Of a stretch of 64,000 nucleotides of DNA, positions 62,217 through 64,000 are shown one piece after another. A model generated the notes under the pieces. It was not told the DNA's origin and made no database searches. It worked only from the letters and a program-made list of their open reading frames with translations. Source of the DNA: Nitrospirales bacterium (GTDB taxonomy: Bacteria; Nitrospirota; Nitrospiria; Nitrospirales; UBA8639); assembly GCA_965203295.1 (NCBI GenBank), contig CBDBCZ010000019.1, forward strand, positions 1,920,001 through 1,984,000. Direction: 5' to 3'. Within the stretch, counting starts at the first letter, position 1. Every line of letters begins with the position of its first letter. The translations under genes were made by a program, and so were the position numbers.

Positions 62217-63626
62217 CTCAGGCCTCTATACCGAGTCCGCCTCACAATTTGGTATGGAGTTGCCTTAGCTTTCCTGATGATTGTATTCGCTTTTGCGTTG
62301 TACGTCGTCATGTCTCGGGCCCTTGAAGACCAGATCGATCGCTCCTTGGAAGAAGCAGCCATTGCCGCCTCGCATTCATTAGAGGAACACCGATTTGGTC
62401 CTTTTCTTTTTCTTGAAGATTTGACACAAGCGTTTCCAGAGCTGGCGTTGCTCGATAAATTTTTTCAGATTTACGGTCCCGGTGGACAAATTACTCTGCA
62501 ATCCGCAAATATCATCACGCGAGACTTTCCTCTCAGTCAGACGGCGCTCCAAGCGGCACTTTCCGGTCAGGCCACATTTGAATCTGTCCGATTTCACGGG
62601 GAAGTCCCCATTCGACTACTTTCCTATCCTATTCGTCACGGCGAAGGTCTAGTGAATATTATTCGGGTGGGGACCTCACTTCGTTCTGCTGAAGAGATGC
62701 TTGATCGGTTGGTATTTGTCCTTCTCATCGCTTCCCCTCTTGCTGTTGCCGTATCCTTGTTAGGCGGATGGTTCTTAGCCGGTCGAGCTTTACGTCCTAT
62801 GGATGCCATCACTCTGACCGCTCAGCGTATCGCCGCAGGAGACCTCACTCAACGGATTCAAATCACATCAACGGATGAAATCGGTCGGTTAGCATCGACG
62901 TTTAATAACATGATCGCCCGTCTAGAAGCGTCTATCTGTCAAATCCGGCAATTTAGTGCTGATGCTTCGCATGAGCTTCGAACACCTCTCACGATCACCA
63001 AGGGAGAAACTGAACTCGCGTTGCGGAAACCACGGTCTTTCGAAGTGTATCGAGAGGTTTTAGAAAGTAATTTGGAGAAAATAGACCGGATGAGCCGCAT
63101 TGTCGATGAGCTTCTCTTTCTCTCACGAGCTGATTTAGGTGAAATCAAGGTGGATTCGGCACCAGTTCAACTTGATTCCCTTGTCCAAGAGATCCAACAA
63201 CAAGCTGCTGTTTTAGGACAAGAACGGCAAGTTGAAACCCTTTTGAGAACCATTCAATCCGCTCAGGTTTTGGGAGACGAATGGCGTCTTCGGGAACTTT
63301 TTTTAAATATCGTGGATAATGCCGTGAAATATTCCCGACAGATGGGGAAGGTCGAGATGAGTCTGGTCCGAGAGGGCCAAATGGCCAGAATCTCAGTCAC
63401 CGACCAAGGTATTGGCATTTCCCCAGAGGAGCAAACTCATATTTTTGATCGGTTTTACCGATCAGATGCTGCCCGCGCTCATGCGCAGAAAGGAACGGGC
63501 CTTGGACTGTCAATTTGCAAATGGATTGCCGAGGTGCATCACGGCAAAATTCAAGCAGAAAGCGTTTTAGGCAAAGGCTCTTGTTTCACCGTTCTTTTAC
63601 CTCTACTTCACTCTTCTCATTCCTAA
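62213..63626 (+). pseudogene. CusS-like HAMP sensor kinase with +1 frameshift near its start
   Basis: The ATGA-coupled start at 62213 is out of frame with RVRLTIWYG...; SHELRTP, DNAVKY and GTGLGLSI are intact. Confidence 0.8.
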
Positions 63627-63727
63627 GTTTCCTCCCTCTAGCTAACCGTTCCCCGTGTTTGCAGGATACACAATCAGTGCCCTAGAAGACACCCTTCCCT
63701 CTTACCCTTACCAAACATTAGAAAGTT

Positions 63728-63754
63728 TTAATCTGCCATTAATCCTCCTTTCAT
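63728..63754 (+). promoter_or_regulatory. 11-bp-periodic TTAATC repeats, candidate OmpR-type box
   Basis: TTAATC at 63728, TTAATC at 63739 and TTCAT at 63750, upstream of a gene with a strong RBS. Confidence 0.5.
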
Positions 63755-63823
63755 GTCCCCGTGTTATCAATGGAACATCGAAAATACCATACACGAACCT
63801 CACATTGATTGAAGGAGGAGACG

Positions 63824-64000
63824 ATGAGCGACTCATTTCATCATGACTCAACGAAACAATCTTGGCTCCGTGGATTCGGCAAGGGGAAAACTTTTGGCAT
63901 CACCGTGGGGCTACTCGCCATTGGACTATTATCAGGTTCTCTTCTTCTGAGTAGTCTCCAGCCTCCATTTAGAATCCTTTGCGGCTGTGGGCCAAAGTTC
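63824..64000 (+). CDS. Partial CDS, N-terminus of an exported/membrane-anchored protein
   Basis: GAAGGAGG RBS, ATG at 63824, open to the window end, hydrophobic segment. Confidence 0.6.
   Translation, partial: MSDSFHHDSTKQSWLRGFGKGKTFGITVGLLAIGLLSGSLLLSSLQPPFRILCGCGPKF

Overview
A 64-kb bacterial chromosomal segment. The gene complement and repeat style resemble Nitrospirota; this is inferred from familiarity, not from a search. Intact housekeeping genes include gltB/gltD, a polyprenyl synthase, queF, msrB and tRNA-Arg(CCT). An intact six-gene operon resembles a 2-aminoethylphosphonate (phosphonolipid) pathway but has no PEP mutase in the window. Also present are an MNIO (DUF692) bufferin-like RiPP cassette nested in a DUF547/glycosyltransferase locus, and an uncharacterised pair encoding a gamma-glutamylcyclotransferase-like protein and a membrane-anchored tandem CDC48-N-like double-psi barrel protein. 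About 17 accessory genes carry nonsense codons, frameshifts, truncations or internal deletions. This suggests ongoing genome erosion, although the homopolymer indels could be assembly errors. Non-coding features include a four-copy mosaic MITE/REP-like repeat family, a CTAG-targeting MITE inside the phosphonate-like operon, an internally deleted IS1380 remnant, 11-bp-periodic OmpR-type boxes and two candidate sigma-54 promoters. All calls come from reading motifs by eye; no searches were run.
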